Below are positions 9,140 to 18,211 of a stretch of DNA of 38,179 nt, in pieces. The notes beneath the pieces are model-generated. The model did no database searches and was not told the DNA's origin. It was given only the letters and a program-made list of their open reading frames with translations. The position numbers and the translations under genes are program-made. The stretch's first letter is position 1. Each line of letters starts with the position of its first letter. Source of the DNA: an uncultured Bacilli bacterium (lineage in GTDB: Bacteria; Bacillota_I; Bacilli_A; RF39; UBA660); the NCBI GenBank assembly GCA_944358225.1, contig CALVQP010000001.1:1-38179 (forward strand). The letters run 5' to 3'.

Positions 9140-10081
9140 ATAAAAGGCATAGTACTCATCATAAGTGATTCCTTCATCAAATACTTTTTTAGCTATTTCT
9201 TCTCCTAAATAACGATAATGCCAAGATTCAAAGGCGTAACCTGTTAAATGAGTTTTATTTTCTGGATATCTTAGAATAAAACCATATTTATAAGAATTAC
9301 TAATTAACCACTCGTATTCTTTAGTATTTTTAAAATCACTCATTGAAACTCCTGGTGTAAGGATATCTAAAGCCAAGCCTGTTTGGTGTTCAGAAAATCC
9401 AGCTTGCGCAGATACGGTATTAGCATAATCAACTCCGTACATAGAGATATAGTTATTATAAAGTGTCTGTTGATAATCAAAAGATCTAAAAGCCGAAGTT
9501 ACAAATAAATCATAACCTTCTTCTTTTGCATCCTTATACATTTTTATAAAAGCCTCATTTACTTCTTGATTAACTTTTCGATTTTCATAAGCATAAGTAA
9601 GATTCATATTAAATAGACCATCCGGTATATAAGATTGAGCTAATTTATTATATTTATTTACTAAAATTAAATTTTTTTTGGTCAAATCTGCCTCTTTAAC
9701 ATGACTATATCCCTCATAATCACCACTAACATTAACTAAAGCAATAATATCACTAGGATTTTCTTCAGGATGAGTAGTAAAATAAGTAAGATATCTATCT
9801 AAATTTTTATGTAGATAATATTTTTCTTTAATAAAGAGTTCCAAGTTTTTTATTTTTTGTTTATTTTCTAAATCAACTATTTCTTCAGCTGTTAATTTAT
9901 CATGAATCAATTTTAAAGTTCCTTCATCATAATTTTTCTCGTTTAAAATTTTTAAAACTTCAGATATTTGATTATCTTTTTGCCAATTATTCTGATATTT
10001 AACAAACATAACAATAAAAATTCCCATTATTATAAAAATCATTAGTTTAGCTTGTTTTTTTAATCTTCTTTTCCTTTTCAT
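9128..10081 (-). CDS. membrane-anchored D-alanyl-D-alanine carboxypeptidase (peptidase M15B, VanY/LdcB-like)
   Basis: N-terminal TM helix. M15B zinc-site motifs are present: SAFRSFDYQ, SEHQTGLALD and ESWHYRYLG. Confidence 0.85.
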   Translation of the reverse strand: MKRKRRLKKQAKLMIFIIMGIFIVMFVKYQNNWQKDNQISEVLKILNEKNYDEGTLKLIHDKLTAEEIVDLENKQKIKNLELFIKEKYYLHKNLDRYLTYFTTHPEENPSDIIALVNVSGDYEGYSHVKEADLTKKNLILVNKYNKLAQSYIPDGLFNMNLTYAYENRKVNQEVNEAFIKMYKDAKEEGYDLFVTSAFRSFDYQQTLYNNYISMYGVDYANTVSAQAGFSEHQTGLALDILTPGVSMSDFKNTKEYEWLISNSYKYGFILRYPENKTHLTGYAFESWHYRYLGEEIAKKVFDEGITYDEYYAFYLDN

Positions 10082-10162
10082 AACCAGTCACTATATATAT
10101 TATAACTTATTAGTTAATTTTTATCATAAATTTTAAAAAAGTATGATAAAATATTAGTAGCT

Positions 10163-10236
10163 GCCCAATTAGTTTAGTGATAAAACAAATCCATGGTAAG
10201 GATTAGAGGACTGTTTGATTCAATCATTGGGCACCA
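10163..10236 (+). tRNA. atypical tRNA-like gene, anticodon GGU (Thr) if functional
   Basis: Acceptor GCCCAAT/ATTGGGC is perfect (7 bp). D stem GTTT/AAAC has loop AGTGATA with no GG. Anticodon arm is AATCC-ATGGTAA-GGATT. T arm GACTG-TTTGATT-CAATC has one mismatch and T instead of C56. ACCA is encoded. Confidence 0.55.
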
Positions 10237-10237
10237 T

Positions 10238-10313
10238 GCTGAAATAGCTCAGTTGGTAGAGCAATTCACTCGTAATGAATAGGTCGCAAGTTCAAGTCTT
10301 GTTTTCAGCACCA
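10238..10313 (+). tRNA. tRNA-Thr (anticodon CGU)
   Basis: Canonical GCTGAAATAGCTCAGTTGGTAGAGC D arm, anticodon arm ATTCA-CTCGTAA-TGAAT, T arm GCAAG-TTCAAGT-CTTGT, and an encoded CCA. Confidence 0.9.
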
Positions 10314-10332
10314 GTAACGAATCTGTTCGAAC
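10308..10332 (+). repeat. attL-like direct repeat overlapping the 3' end of tRNA-Thr(CGU)
   Basis: GCACCAGTAACGAATCTGTTCGAAC matches 14393-14417 at 24 of 25 positions (20 bp exact, 10313-10332 = 14398-14417). Confidence 0.8.
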
Positions 10333-10799
10333 TATTCGAACTTTGATATATAGAAATCAATCGAAATGATTGATTTTTTTCTAAACACGAAAAAAATCAT
10401 AAGAAAGGTTGGTGTTTACGATAAATGTTATCAAGAAAGAAATTGATGTAGAAGAATCGTTAAGAAAGAGATTAGAAATTATATGTATTTTTTGTAATAC
10501 TACTCCAACTATTATAAATGGTAGTATTAGAAAAATAGATAAAACTAACCTAGTATGTACCTTATGACGCACAATAAAAAAATATATGAATTGCTTTATT
10601 TTAAAGAAATTATTGATGATTATAATATAGAACTAAAAATAATCGTATCGTAAAATAAATAAAATCATTTGTGTTCTTAAAACTAAATAAATAATGCTTT
10701 TATTAGAAGTTTAAAAATTAGAATATGAGAAGTTGCGAGAGATATGTTTAACTACATATCTTTTTTATTGTTTTTAAAGAAAGTGAGATAGATATTATT

Positions 10800-10925
10800 A
10801 TGAATTTAAATTATGCAATATTTAGAAGTGAACCAATTAATACTATAAATGATTTAGCACAAATTGGGTCACATAACAAACGCGAAAAAAAGACTTATAA
10901 TTCAAATCTAGATATAGATATTTAG
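10800..10925 (+). pseudogene. N-terminal stub of a Mob/Pre-family plasmid recombination/relaxase gene
   Basis: MNLNYAIFRSEPINTINDLAQIGSHNKREKKTYNSNLDIDI resembles the Mob_Pre N-terminus (M..YA..R..K......L.....HN.RE....N.DID, remembered from pUB110 Pre and pMV158 MobM). It stops after 41 codons. Only an acidic tail fragment follows, in another frame. Confidence 0.6.
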
Positions 10926-11104
10926 AACATCTTTATATGAAGAAGATTATGATTATGAATATGATGATTACGAAGAAGATAAAAACAAAGATGATGATAT
11001 GGATATGAGTTTGTAAACTTGCAAAAATATATAAAGGAGATTATTAAGTATCTAATGCATAATGAAAAAATATGATAAAATATATATTGATAGGAGTAAT
11101 AGTA

Positions 11105-12262
11105 ATGAAGAAAAAGATTATTCTTACATTATGTATTATATTAGTTTTCGTAGCAGGGTTATTGATTGGTACTTTTGTTTTATCTAAAAATAAAGAAATT
11201 GAAACTAATGAAGAAAAAATTACAAATATTGATATTAAATATAATAATGGAGAAAAATATTATATTATTAAAGATGATTATAAAGGTGCATATGACTACC
11301 AAGAAATAGATTTATCGAACGATTATGGTAATTATGAAGAAGTAAACGATAAAATTAAATTATTTAATACTACAGAAATACTTAACTATAGTCAATATTC
11401 TAAGTTTTGTGAAAAATGGAACTTAAAAAGGAAATATAATGATACTAGTAAAAATTATATGATAGTAGCATACGCTTCTTATGGACAGCCAATTGTAGAA
11501 GCAAGACTTGCAAATGCTATTGAAGACGATGGGAAAGTAGTATTATATATGTGGGAAAATACTCGCGGTGTTACAGCAGATATTGGAGCTTATTTTCTAG
11601 CCATACCTGTTAAACTAGATACATATCAAAACGAGATAAACATTGCTTATACTAATGAGGAATATAATAATATTGTTAAATATGGTTCTATTCAAGACCC
11701 AAGTACAATGACAGTAGATAAACCAATTATATATATTTATCCAAAAGAAGAAACAAAAGTAAATATAAAATTATTAAATTCATCATTATTAACTACCTCA
11801 TACCCTAAATATAATAACGGATGGAATGTTATTGCACAACCAGATGGAATATTAAAAGAAATCGAAACTAATAAAAATTATTATGGGTTATATTATGAAG
11901 GAAAAAATCATTATGTAACTATGAAAAATGATGGATTCGTAGTTAAAGGTGAAGATACAATAGAATTTTTAGAAGAAAAACTTGAAATACTAGGACTAAA
12001 CGAAAGAGAAATAAATGAATTTATAATATATTGGCTACCTAAGTTAGAAAACAATAGATATAATTATATTAGATTTGAGACTTTAGAAGAAATTGAGAAA
12101 TATATGCCACTTGAAATAACACCAAAACCTGATACTGTTATTAGAGTCGTTATGGATTATAAACCATTAAATAAAAAAATAAGAATAGAAGAACAAAAAT
12201 TAACGCCTCAAAAACGAGTTGGATATAGTGTTATTGAATGGGGTGGAAGTGAAATAAAATAG
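11105..12262 (+). CDS. membrane-anchored hypothetical protein
   Basis: ORF with TAGGAG 9 nt upstream of the ATG at 11105 (MKKKIILTLCIILVFVAGLLIG, signal anchor). I recognise no domain. Confidence 0.6.
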   Translation: MKKKIILTLCIILVFVAGLLIGTFVLSKNKEIETNEEKITNIDIKYNNGEKYYIIKDDYKGAYDYQEIDLSNDYGNYEEVNDKIKLFNTTEILNYSQYSKFCEKWNLKRKYNDTSKNYMIVAYASYGQPIVEARLANAIEDDGKVVLYMWENTRGVTADIGAYFLAIPVKLDTYQNEINIAYTNEEYNNIVKYGSIQDPSTMTVDKPIIYIYPKEETKVNIKLLNSSLLTTSYPKYNNGWNVIAQPDGILKEIETNKNYYGLYYEGKNHYVTMKNDGFVVKGEDTIEFLEEKLEILGLNEREINEFIIYWLPKLENNRYNYIRFETLEEIEKYMPLEITPKPDTVIRVVMDYKPLNKKIRIEEQKLTPQKRVGYSVIEWGGSEIK

Positions 12263-12563
12263 TGAGAGTGTAAAAAATTTTGTGTAAAGTTACCAATCTA
12301 TGGTAATAAAGATATTTGAGATTGATTAATATCAGTCTCTTTTTGTGACCCTAATAATAGCATAAATTAAATAATTTTCAAAGATCAATTTAATCGTTCA
12401 GGATATAAAATGTTTAATTCATTATAAATCATATCCCAGTTAGGGTATTTTACACATTACACACACTAAAGATTATACAACCATTTTAGTCTCGAAGTTT
12501 CTTTCGAGACTTTTGTATTATTAAAGTATTTGCTATAATCGTTATATAGGGCAGTGATAGTTT

Positions 12564-13049
12564 ATGAATTTTTATCCGATAAATCATGAAGCAGTTTTTG
12601 AAGATATAGAAAAGTTTGATTATCCTAATCGAAAGATAGGAGTTATTGCACATATTGAAAATGATAAAGGAGAAATTTTATTACAACAAAGAGGTGTTAA
12701 ATCACGTGATGAGAATGGAATTTATGAAGATATTGGCGGGAAAGTTGATACAGATGATTTTAGTTTTAAACAGGCAATTATTAGAGAAATAAAAGAGGAA
12801 GCAGGAGATGATGTAAAACTAGAATTCAATGGGAATTCAATAGGTATTTATCATTGCTACAAAAATAATATTAATTGGATATTTGTAATATATTTTGTTA
12901 AATATATTAACGGAACTATTAAGATAATGGAGTCAGATAAGTGTTTAGGATATAAATTTTTTACTTATAAGGAAGCAATTAATTCAGACTTAGTTACTGA
13001 AAGTTGTAAATATTTAATTAAGAGTATAAGAAATAATTACAAATGTTAA
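12564..13049 (+). CDS. Nudix hydrolase
   Basis: Nudix-box-like GGKVDTDDFSFKQAIIREIKEEAGD (the REUXEEXG core is intact; the first Glu position is Asp). The 161-aa size is typical of stand-alone Nudix proteins. Confidence 0.75.
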   Translation: MNFYPINHEAVFEDIEKFDYPNRKIGVIAHIENDKGEILLQQRGVKSRDENGIYEDIGGKVDTDDFSFKQAIIREIKEEAGDDVKLEFNGNSIGIYHCYKNNINWIFVIYFVKYINGTIKIMESDKCLGYKFFTYKEAINSDLVTESCKYLIKSIRNNYKC

Positions 13050-13310
13050 TTTTTTTTACAATAATATTTGTTATATCTTTGTTGCAAAACTGTTAACAAA
13101 GTGTTCAGTGTTTTAAAATTGTGTGATAAGATGTGCTTGTATTGAGGCAGAAGTACTAACTAAAATTAGGGTTTGGTATCTAAAATCTCAAGACATCAGA
13201 TTGATAGTTACTTGAATTTTTCAAGTAACAATAGAAAATGTTAATAAAACTTGTTAAAATTTCTTTTTCATAATATTATGTTTAGCCTTTTCTAGAAAGA
13301 AGGTATATCT

Positions 13311-14312
13311 ATGAATAAAGAATTGGTTAAAAGAAATAAACTAATAAGAGAAAACAGCCATTAATACCTTCTAATATTTTATATTCAACCTACGAGAGCA
13401 ATGGTGTATTCAAATATGTTTTAAAAGCAAAGGATGTTCAAATTATTTAAATGGTTTTTGTATAATGTGTGATTATGGCGTTAGTACTAATATCACTCCT
13501 AAAGAGTTAGAAATTGCCTTTGATAATGCGTTAAAAGAAAGTAAAGATGAAATAAAGGTTTTATTATTAAATTCATATGGTAGATACTAGATCAAAATGA
13601 AATAAGTGAAGAATGTTTTAATTTATTATTAACGAAAATAAAAGATACAAATATAAAAAACATTATCTTTGAAACTCATTACACGACAATAAATGAAAAA
13701 AAACTCAATTTAATTAAAAAGGCTCTTTTTGATAAAAATATAATCTTTGAATTAGGATTAGAAACTTCTAATCAACAAGTTAGAGAACATAATTTACTGA
13801 AATATATAGATAATAATAAATTTATTGATACAATTCAATTGATTCATTCATATGGTATGAAAGTAATTACTAATATCATTGTTGGCATTCCTTTCTTAAG
13901 TGAAGAAAAACAAATCAAAAATGCAGTAGAATCTATAAGATGGTGTTTTAATAATGATGTTGATGAAGTGGATTTATTCCCAATGAATATAAAGCCTTAT
14001 ACTTTATTAAGAGAACTTTATGAAAAAAAAGAATACGAAACTATTTCACATTGGATGCTAATCGAAGTTCTTTCAAAAATACCTGAGAATTATTTAAAAG
14101 ATATTTATATTGCTTGGTATGGGAATAGAGATTTAGAATATGATAATGACTTAAAGGCTATCTTTCCAACATCATGTGCTAATTGTAAATATAATTTATT
14201 TAAATTTTATGAATTATATTTGAAAAATAAAGATTCAGCCTATAGAAAATCTTTAATAAATGATTTAATATCAAATAAAGAATGTAACTGTTACAAAGAA
14301 ATATTGAAATAG
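13311..14312 (+). pseudogene. radical-SAM family gene with at least three frameshifts
   Basis: Pieces in three frames join into one protein: MNKELVKRNKL.. / ..KQPLIPSNILYSTYESNGVFKYVLKAK / GCSNYLNGFCIMCDYG...LLLNSYG (Cys triad) / ILDQNEISEECFNLLLTKIKD...ETHYTT...ELGLETSNQQVREHNL...IHSYGMKV, continuing into ORF 13839-14312. Confidence 0.75.
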
Positions 14313-14392
14313 GTTAGTTTTATGTTAAAATAATATTGTAATTGATTATCAATCTACTTTTATGCAAGAGTTCAAAATAGATTCTGTAAATC

Positions 14393-14417
14393 GCACTAGT
14401 AACGAATCTGTTCGAAC
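14393..14417 (+). repeat. attR-like direct repeat (partial copy of the tRNA-Thr 3' end plus flank)
   Basis: GCACTAGTAACGAATCTGTTCGAAC, 24 of 25 identical to 10308-10332. Confidence 0.8.
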
Positions 14418-14549
14418 AGTGCAAAATTTAAATATATATAAGTCTAAAATATGACTAATTTTTATTCTTTTAAAAAACCTAGAGGAGTTAAATGTTTTGT
14501 CATAGTAAAATATAATTGACTTATATAAAAACTATAGGGAGTGATATCT

Positions 14550-15074
14550 TTGGAAAAATTAACTAATAGTTACTTAATTAATAAGTTAGAAGACGGAAAT
14601 AATTTAAATATTGTTTTATTATCACATAATACATACTGGCCTGAGATTCAAAAAATAGATAATAATTTTGAAAATTGTAATGTTGTAGTATTGGGCAGTT
14701 CTACTTCCTACATAAAATTAGCAGATATTCAAAGTCGTAATCAAATTGAAAATAGTGATTTGATTATTTTCTATAGTTCAGAATATTATAATGAACAGGA
14801 ACTTGCTGAATTAGAAGATATTGCCTTTAGAATATCAACTGATAAAAATAAAAGAGTTAGCATAGGGTATTTATATTGTCTTCCAATTGAACAAAGACCA
14901 CATGCAAGTATATCGAAACAAATTCAAATCATTAGTTTTAAAAATGAAGAAGAAGTTATCGAAACAACATATCCAACACCATATTTTTCAACTTCTGACT
15001 TAACTGCACTTACTTTAGTTGTAGCTGACAATTATGATATAATCAAACAACAGAAGTTAGAAAAAAAGTTGTAG
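14550..15074 (+). CDS. hypothetical protein (alternating beta/alpha pattern, possibly Rossmann/flavodoxin-like)
   Basis: The ORF track starts at GTG 14541, but AGGGAG (14535-14540) sits 9 nt before TTG 14550, which I prefer. Hydrophobic strand-like segments are NIVLLSH, NVVVLGS and DLIIFYS. I recognise no family. Confidence 0.5.
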   Translation: MEKLTNSYLINKLEDGNNLNIVLLSHNTYWPEIQKIDNNFENCNVVVLGSSTSYIKLADIQSRNQIENSDLIIFYSSEYYNEQELAELEDIAFRISTDKNKRVSIGYLYCLPIEQRPHASISKQIQIISFKNEEEVIETTYPTPYFSTSDLTALTLVVADNYDIIKQQKLEKKL

Positions 15075-15132
15075 GTATCTACGACATTAGTACCAGACTG
15101 ATTGACGCTAGAACTTTCAAGATTATATACAA

Positions 15133-15170
15133 AAACTACTATCAAATTTAATTGAAAGTAGTTTTATTTT
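15133..15170 (+). terminator. possible intrinsic terminator after the 177-aa gene
   Basis: AAACTACT (15133-15140) pairs with AGTAGTTT (15157-15164), followed by TATTTT. The loop is long (16 nt). Confidence 0.4.
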
Positions 15171-15245
15171 GGCTCTTTAGAAAAGAAACTTATAAATTCA
15201 CATAATCAAGGCACAAGACAAAGAACTAATTCACTTTTTAAATTA

Positions 15246-15274
15246 TTGAAAGAAAGAACCTACAGTGTTATACT
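15246..15274 (+). promoter_or_regulatory. sigma-A type promoter of the 958-aa/222-aa operon
   Basis: TTGAAA (15246-15251), 17-nt spacer, TATACT (15269-15274). AGGAG lies 9 nt before the ATG at 15323. Confidence 0.5.
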
Positions 15275-15322
15275 AACAACTAACAAATTAATTTAAACAA
15301 GCATTAGCAGGAGCACAAAGTT

Positions 15323-18199
15323 ATGAATTTTGAAACATTAATAAACAAACTACCTATTTTACCTATGAATAAAGCTATTAAGCTATTGGAAGATTATCAA
15401 GAAAAAATTGGCTTTAAAACCTTTGCAGAGCAACAAAGAGCTTTAGATATTTTCATGCATAAAAATAATGTTTTAGAAAAGATAAAAAAAGAAGTTTTTA
15501 ATGAAGCATTTATGAATTTAGCCTTTATGGTTAAAGATAGATCTTTATGGAGTAATGCTGCCTTTGAAAATATTAAAAGATATCCCATGATTATTTGGAT
15601 AGAATGTATCGGTGTAATGAAAGAGGAGCAAATAGTGTCCTTACTTAATAATTATGGTAAAGAATTACCATCTTCTTTAATTGGTTTATGCGTTATTAAT
15701 TTACCAGAAGACACACAATTAAAAGCATTAGAACAATATAAAAAATATCTAAAAGTCGATGATGGGCTATTTTCTAATCTTTATTATTCTTTAAGCGATA
15801 AAGCCAAACTAAAATTAAAAGAATTCTTTCCTAACAAAATAGCTGATGATATCTTATTAGAATTAGAAGATTTAAATGAAGAAGATATATTGGCAAAACT
15901 AACCACCGAACATGAAAGTTTAATGAAATTAGCTGCTGATGATTTGGTAGAATTTATACTTTTAAAATCCCGCAAATTAGATACTTTAACTAAATTCTTA
16001 GAAATATTTAGTGAAAAAATAAATGAATGCTCCATATTTAAATTCAAATTGCTAATTACTAGATACAGGTATTTAGCTAATTATAGAAGTAATCAGTATT
16101 TTGATGATGAAGAACAAGAAAGTAAAATGTTAACTGACAGTGCTTTGTTCCAATTATTTAAAAATAAATTCCGTCAGATTGGTGTTGAACAAACCCTTTT
16201 ACTATTCGATAATAAAACATTTTACAATAGTAATAAATTTACAGCTGATGTTATATTTGAATTTTTAGACATTGCTTATTCTAGTAATGATCTATCCAAA
16301 TATATTAACGACGAAACTAAAATAGAAATTATTACTAGATTTGTAAAAAAATGTAATAATCAAGATTACTCCCTTGCAGATTTAAAAAAATTAGTAAAAG
16401 ATATAGGAAAGGATGGAAAATCAAAATTAATATTTGATGATTATATTGAAGCAATGATTGCCTGCGGAAAACTTTTAAAAGAAAATGTTTTAACGTCCCA
16501 AGATCCTTTGTTTTTAGAATTAAGAAATAAATTTAGTACTGATTTATTAAAAAGAAGTCAAAAAGATGGTACATATAAAGAAAATATCTCTTTAAATGGT
16601 ATATTTTATAGATTAACAAAAGGTAGCATGCCCTTTGAAAAAGTTTATATAACCAAAACCTATAAAGGGTTAATTTACTTAACTAAATGTGGACAACTAT
16701 TTGATAATGCTGATTATATAACCCAGTTTTTAACAGATGAACAACTTGCTAAACTAAATATAACCCCCGTTTTAAAATGGAAAAATAATATTAATAGGAC
16801 TAACACCAAGAAAGATAGTTTATCTTTTGAACAAAGAATGGGATTACAATTATTATGTTATTTTGGAAAAGATAAAGCTAAATATTTATTAGAATCTAAC
16901 ATGCAAGGTAATAGAATGGAAAATTTATTTGATGGTTTAAAACACGAAAATATTTCTATAAACGAAGATGGTACACCAAATATAAATCAAGAACTTGTTA
17001 ATTTTCTTTTTAAAAAAGGAGCGATGAAAGAATCTAATTCTGTAATTAATAGAATGATAGGAGGGGATATTGCTCCCTTTGAAAAATATTTTCCAGAATT
17101 TTGTAATTCTTTTGAAAAAGTAAAAAAATCATGCAACGGAATTTTAAGTGTTAAAAGAATTGTTAAATATTTTGAAGATATAGAGTTGCCAATAAAACTA
17201 AAACCAGATGAAATAGAATTTAAACAAGCTTTAAAAGAAATGAATACAATAGATCTAACTTTATTATCAGAAGCAATAGGATTATGCAAAGATGCAAGAA
17301 ACAGAGGCTATTCATCTATACCTAAAGTAGAGGGAAAGTTAGGAGATTTTACATATAAAATATTAGATTTAACTGATCCCATGGCAATTGCTGTAGGGTA
17401 TTTAACACATTGTTGTTTTGTAGTTAAAGGACTATCTTATTCAGCTTTAAAACATTCCATGCAATCAAGAAATGGAAGAACGTTTGTTGTTTATTACAAG
17501 GGGCGCTTTCTAGCTCAAAGTTGGGTATGGCGTAATGGTGATGTCATTTGCTTTGATAGTGTTGAAGCAAATAGATCATGTCGTGAAATATACAAAGATG
17601 ATATTAAATTAGTTGATGTATATAAAAAAGCTGCCAATCAAATATTAGATATTTCTCAAGATCAAGAAGATGATAGCCAAAAAGTTAAAGTTGTCACTGT
17701 TGGTCGCTCTGATGATACATTTGACGATTTAAAAAATGTCGAAATTGCTGTCCCTAGACCATTAGAAAGTGATGTTTACGTTCATGATTCACATAGACAG
17801 CAAATATTAGCTGGAGCAATTCCTAAAAAACCAAGATATGGTATTGTTGGCGCTCAATATAAAGATCCTCGCCAAAAAGTAGTATTTATTAATGATGTAG
17901 AAAGTACTGATATAGAAACTTTAGATGAAATAATAGTTAATATAAATTCTCTAAGGTATCAAATTAATAAAGAAGAAACTCCGTTAGATTTTACTATTTA
18001 TAACAAAATAATTTCCGGAGATGGCTGGTATATTTTAGTTAAATATGATGGAACTATTGAAAGCGCAGCTTTAAACAAAAACGAAGATGTAAAAATTGAG
18101 TATAATAATTATTTAGCTAGATTTATTGATACTAAAACAATTGATAATAACGAGTCATTTGTAAAAAGATTAAAACCACTAAGTGGCTATAGAAGATAA
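15323..18199 (+). CDS. large hypothetical protein (958 aa): long helical N-terminal region plus a C-terminal His/Cys-motif module
   Basis: Uninterrupted 958-codon ORF with a good RBS. Residues ~665-830 read FTYKILDLTDPMAIAVGYLTHCCFVVKG...RTFVVYYKGRFLAQSWVWRNGDVICFDSVE. This faintly recalls PcfJ-like proteins of conjugative elements (an HC[VC] motif), a resemblance from memory only. No Walker A or nuclease motif is seen. Confidence 0.85.
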   Translation: MNFETLINKLPILPMNKAIKLLEDYQEKIGFKTFAEQQRALDIFMHKNNVLEKIKKEVFNEAFMNLAFMVKDRSLWSNAAFENIKRYPMIIWIECIGVMKEEQIVSLLNNYGKELPSSLIGLCVINLPEDTQLKALEQYKKYLKVDDGLFSNLYYSLSDKAKLKLKEFFPNKIADDILLELEDLNEEDILAKLTTEHESLMKLAADDLVEFILLKSRKLDTLTKFLEIFSEKINECSIFKFKLLITRYRYLANYRSNQYFDDEEQESKMLTDSALFQLFKNKFRQIGVEQTLLLFDNKTFYNSNKFTADVIFEFLDIAYSSNDLSKYINDETKIEIITRFVKKCNNQDYSLADLKKLVKDIGKDGKSKLIFDDYIEAMIACGKLLKENVLTSQDPLFLELRNKFSTDLLKRSQKDGTYKENISLNGIFYRLTKGSMPFEKVYITKTYKGLIYLTKCGQLFDNADYITQFLTDEQLAKLNITPVLKWKNNINRTNTKKDSLSFEQRMGLQLLCYFGKDKAKYLLESNMQGNRMENLFDGLKHENISINEDGTPNINQELVNFLFKKGAMKESNSVINRMIGGDIAPFEKYFPEFCNSFEKVKKSCNGILSVKRIVKYFEDIELPIKLKPDEIEFKQALKEMNTIDLTLLSEAIGLCKDARNRGYSSIPKVEGKLGDFTYKILDLTDPMAIAVGYLTHCCFVVKGLSYSALKHSMQSRNGRTFVVYYKGRFLAQSWVWRNGDVICFDSVEANRSCREIYKDDIKLVDVYKKAANQILDISQDQEDDSQKVKVVTVGRSDDTFDDLKNVEIAVPRPLESDVYVHDSHRQQILAGAIPKKPRYGIVGAQYKDPRQKVVFINDVESTDIETLDEIIVNINSLRYQINKEETPLDFTIYNKIISGDGWYILVKYDGTIESAALNKNEDVKIEYNNYLARFIDTKTIDNNESFVKRLKPLSGYRR

Positions 18200-18211
18200 G
18201 GGGATGATATC

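Larger units (their letters stand above)
10313..14417. mobile_element. decayed tRNA-Thr-associated integrative mobilizable element remnant (no integrase left)
   Basis: Bounded by the 25-bp direct repeat that includes the tRNA 3' end. Contains a truncated Mob/Pre relaxase stub, a multiply frameshifted radical-SAM gene and orphan cargo. No recombinase ORF is visible. Confidence 0.6.

Noticed and set aside
10381-10572. 63-aa hydrophobic minus-strand ORF inside the island.
   Set aside because: No RBS is visible and the ORF lies in degraded island DNA. I cannot distinguish it from a chance ORF.
16406-16423. GKDGKS in the 958-aa protein as a possible Walker A P-loop.
   Set aside because: The spacing is GxxGKS rather than GxxxxGK[ST], and no Walker B-like hhhhDE follows. 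It is not a credible NTPase motif.
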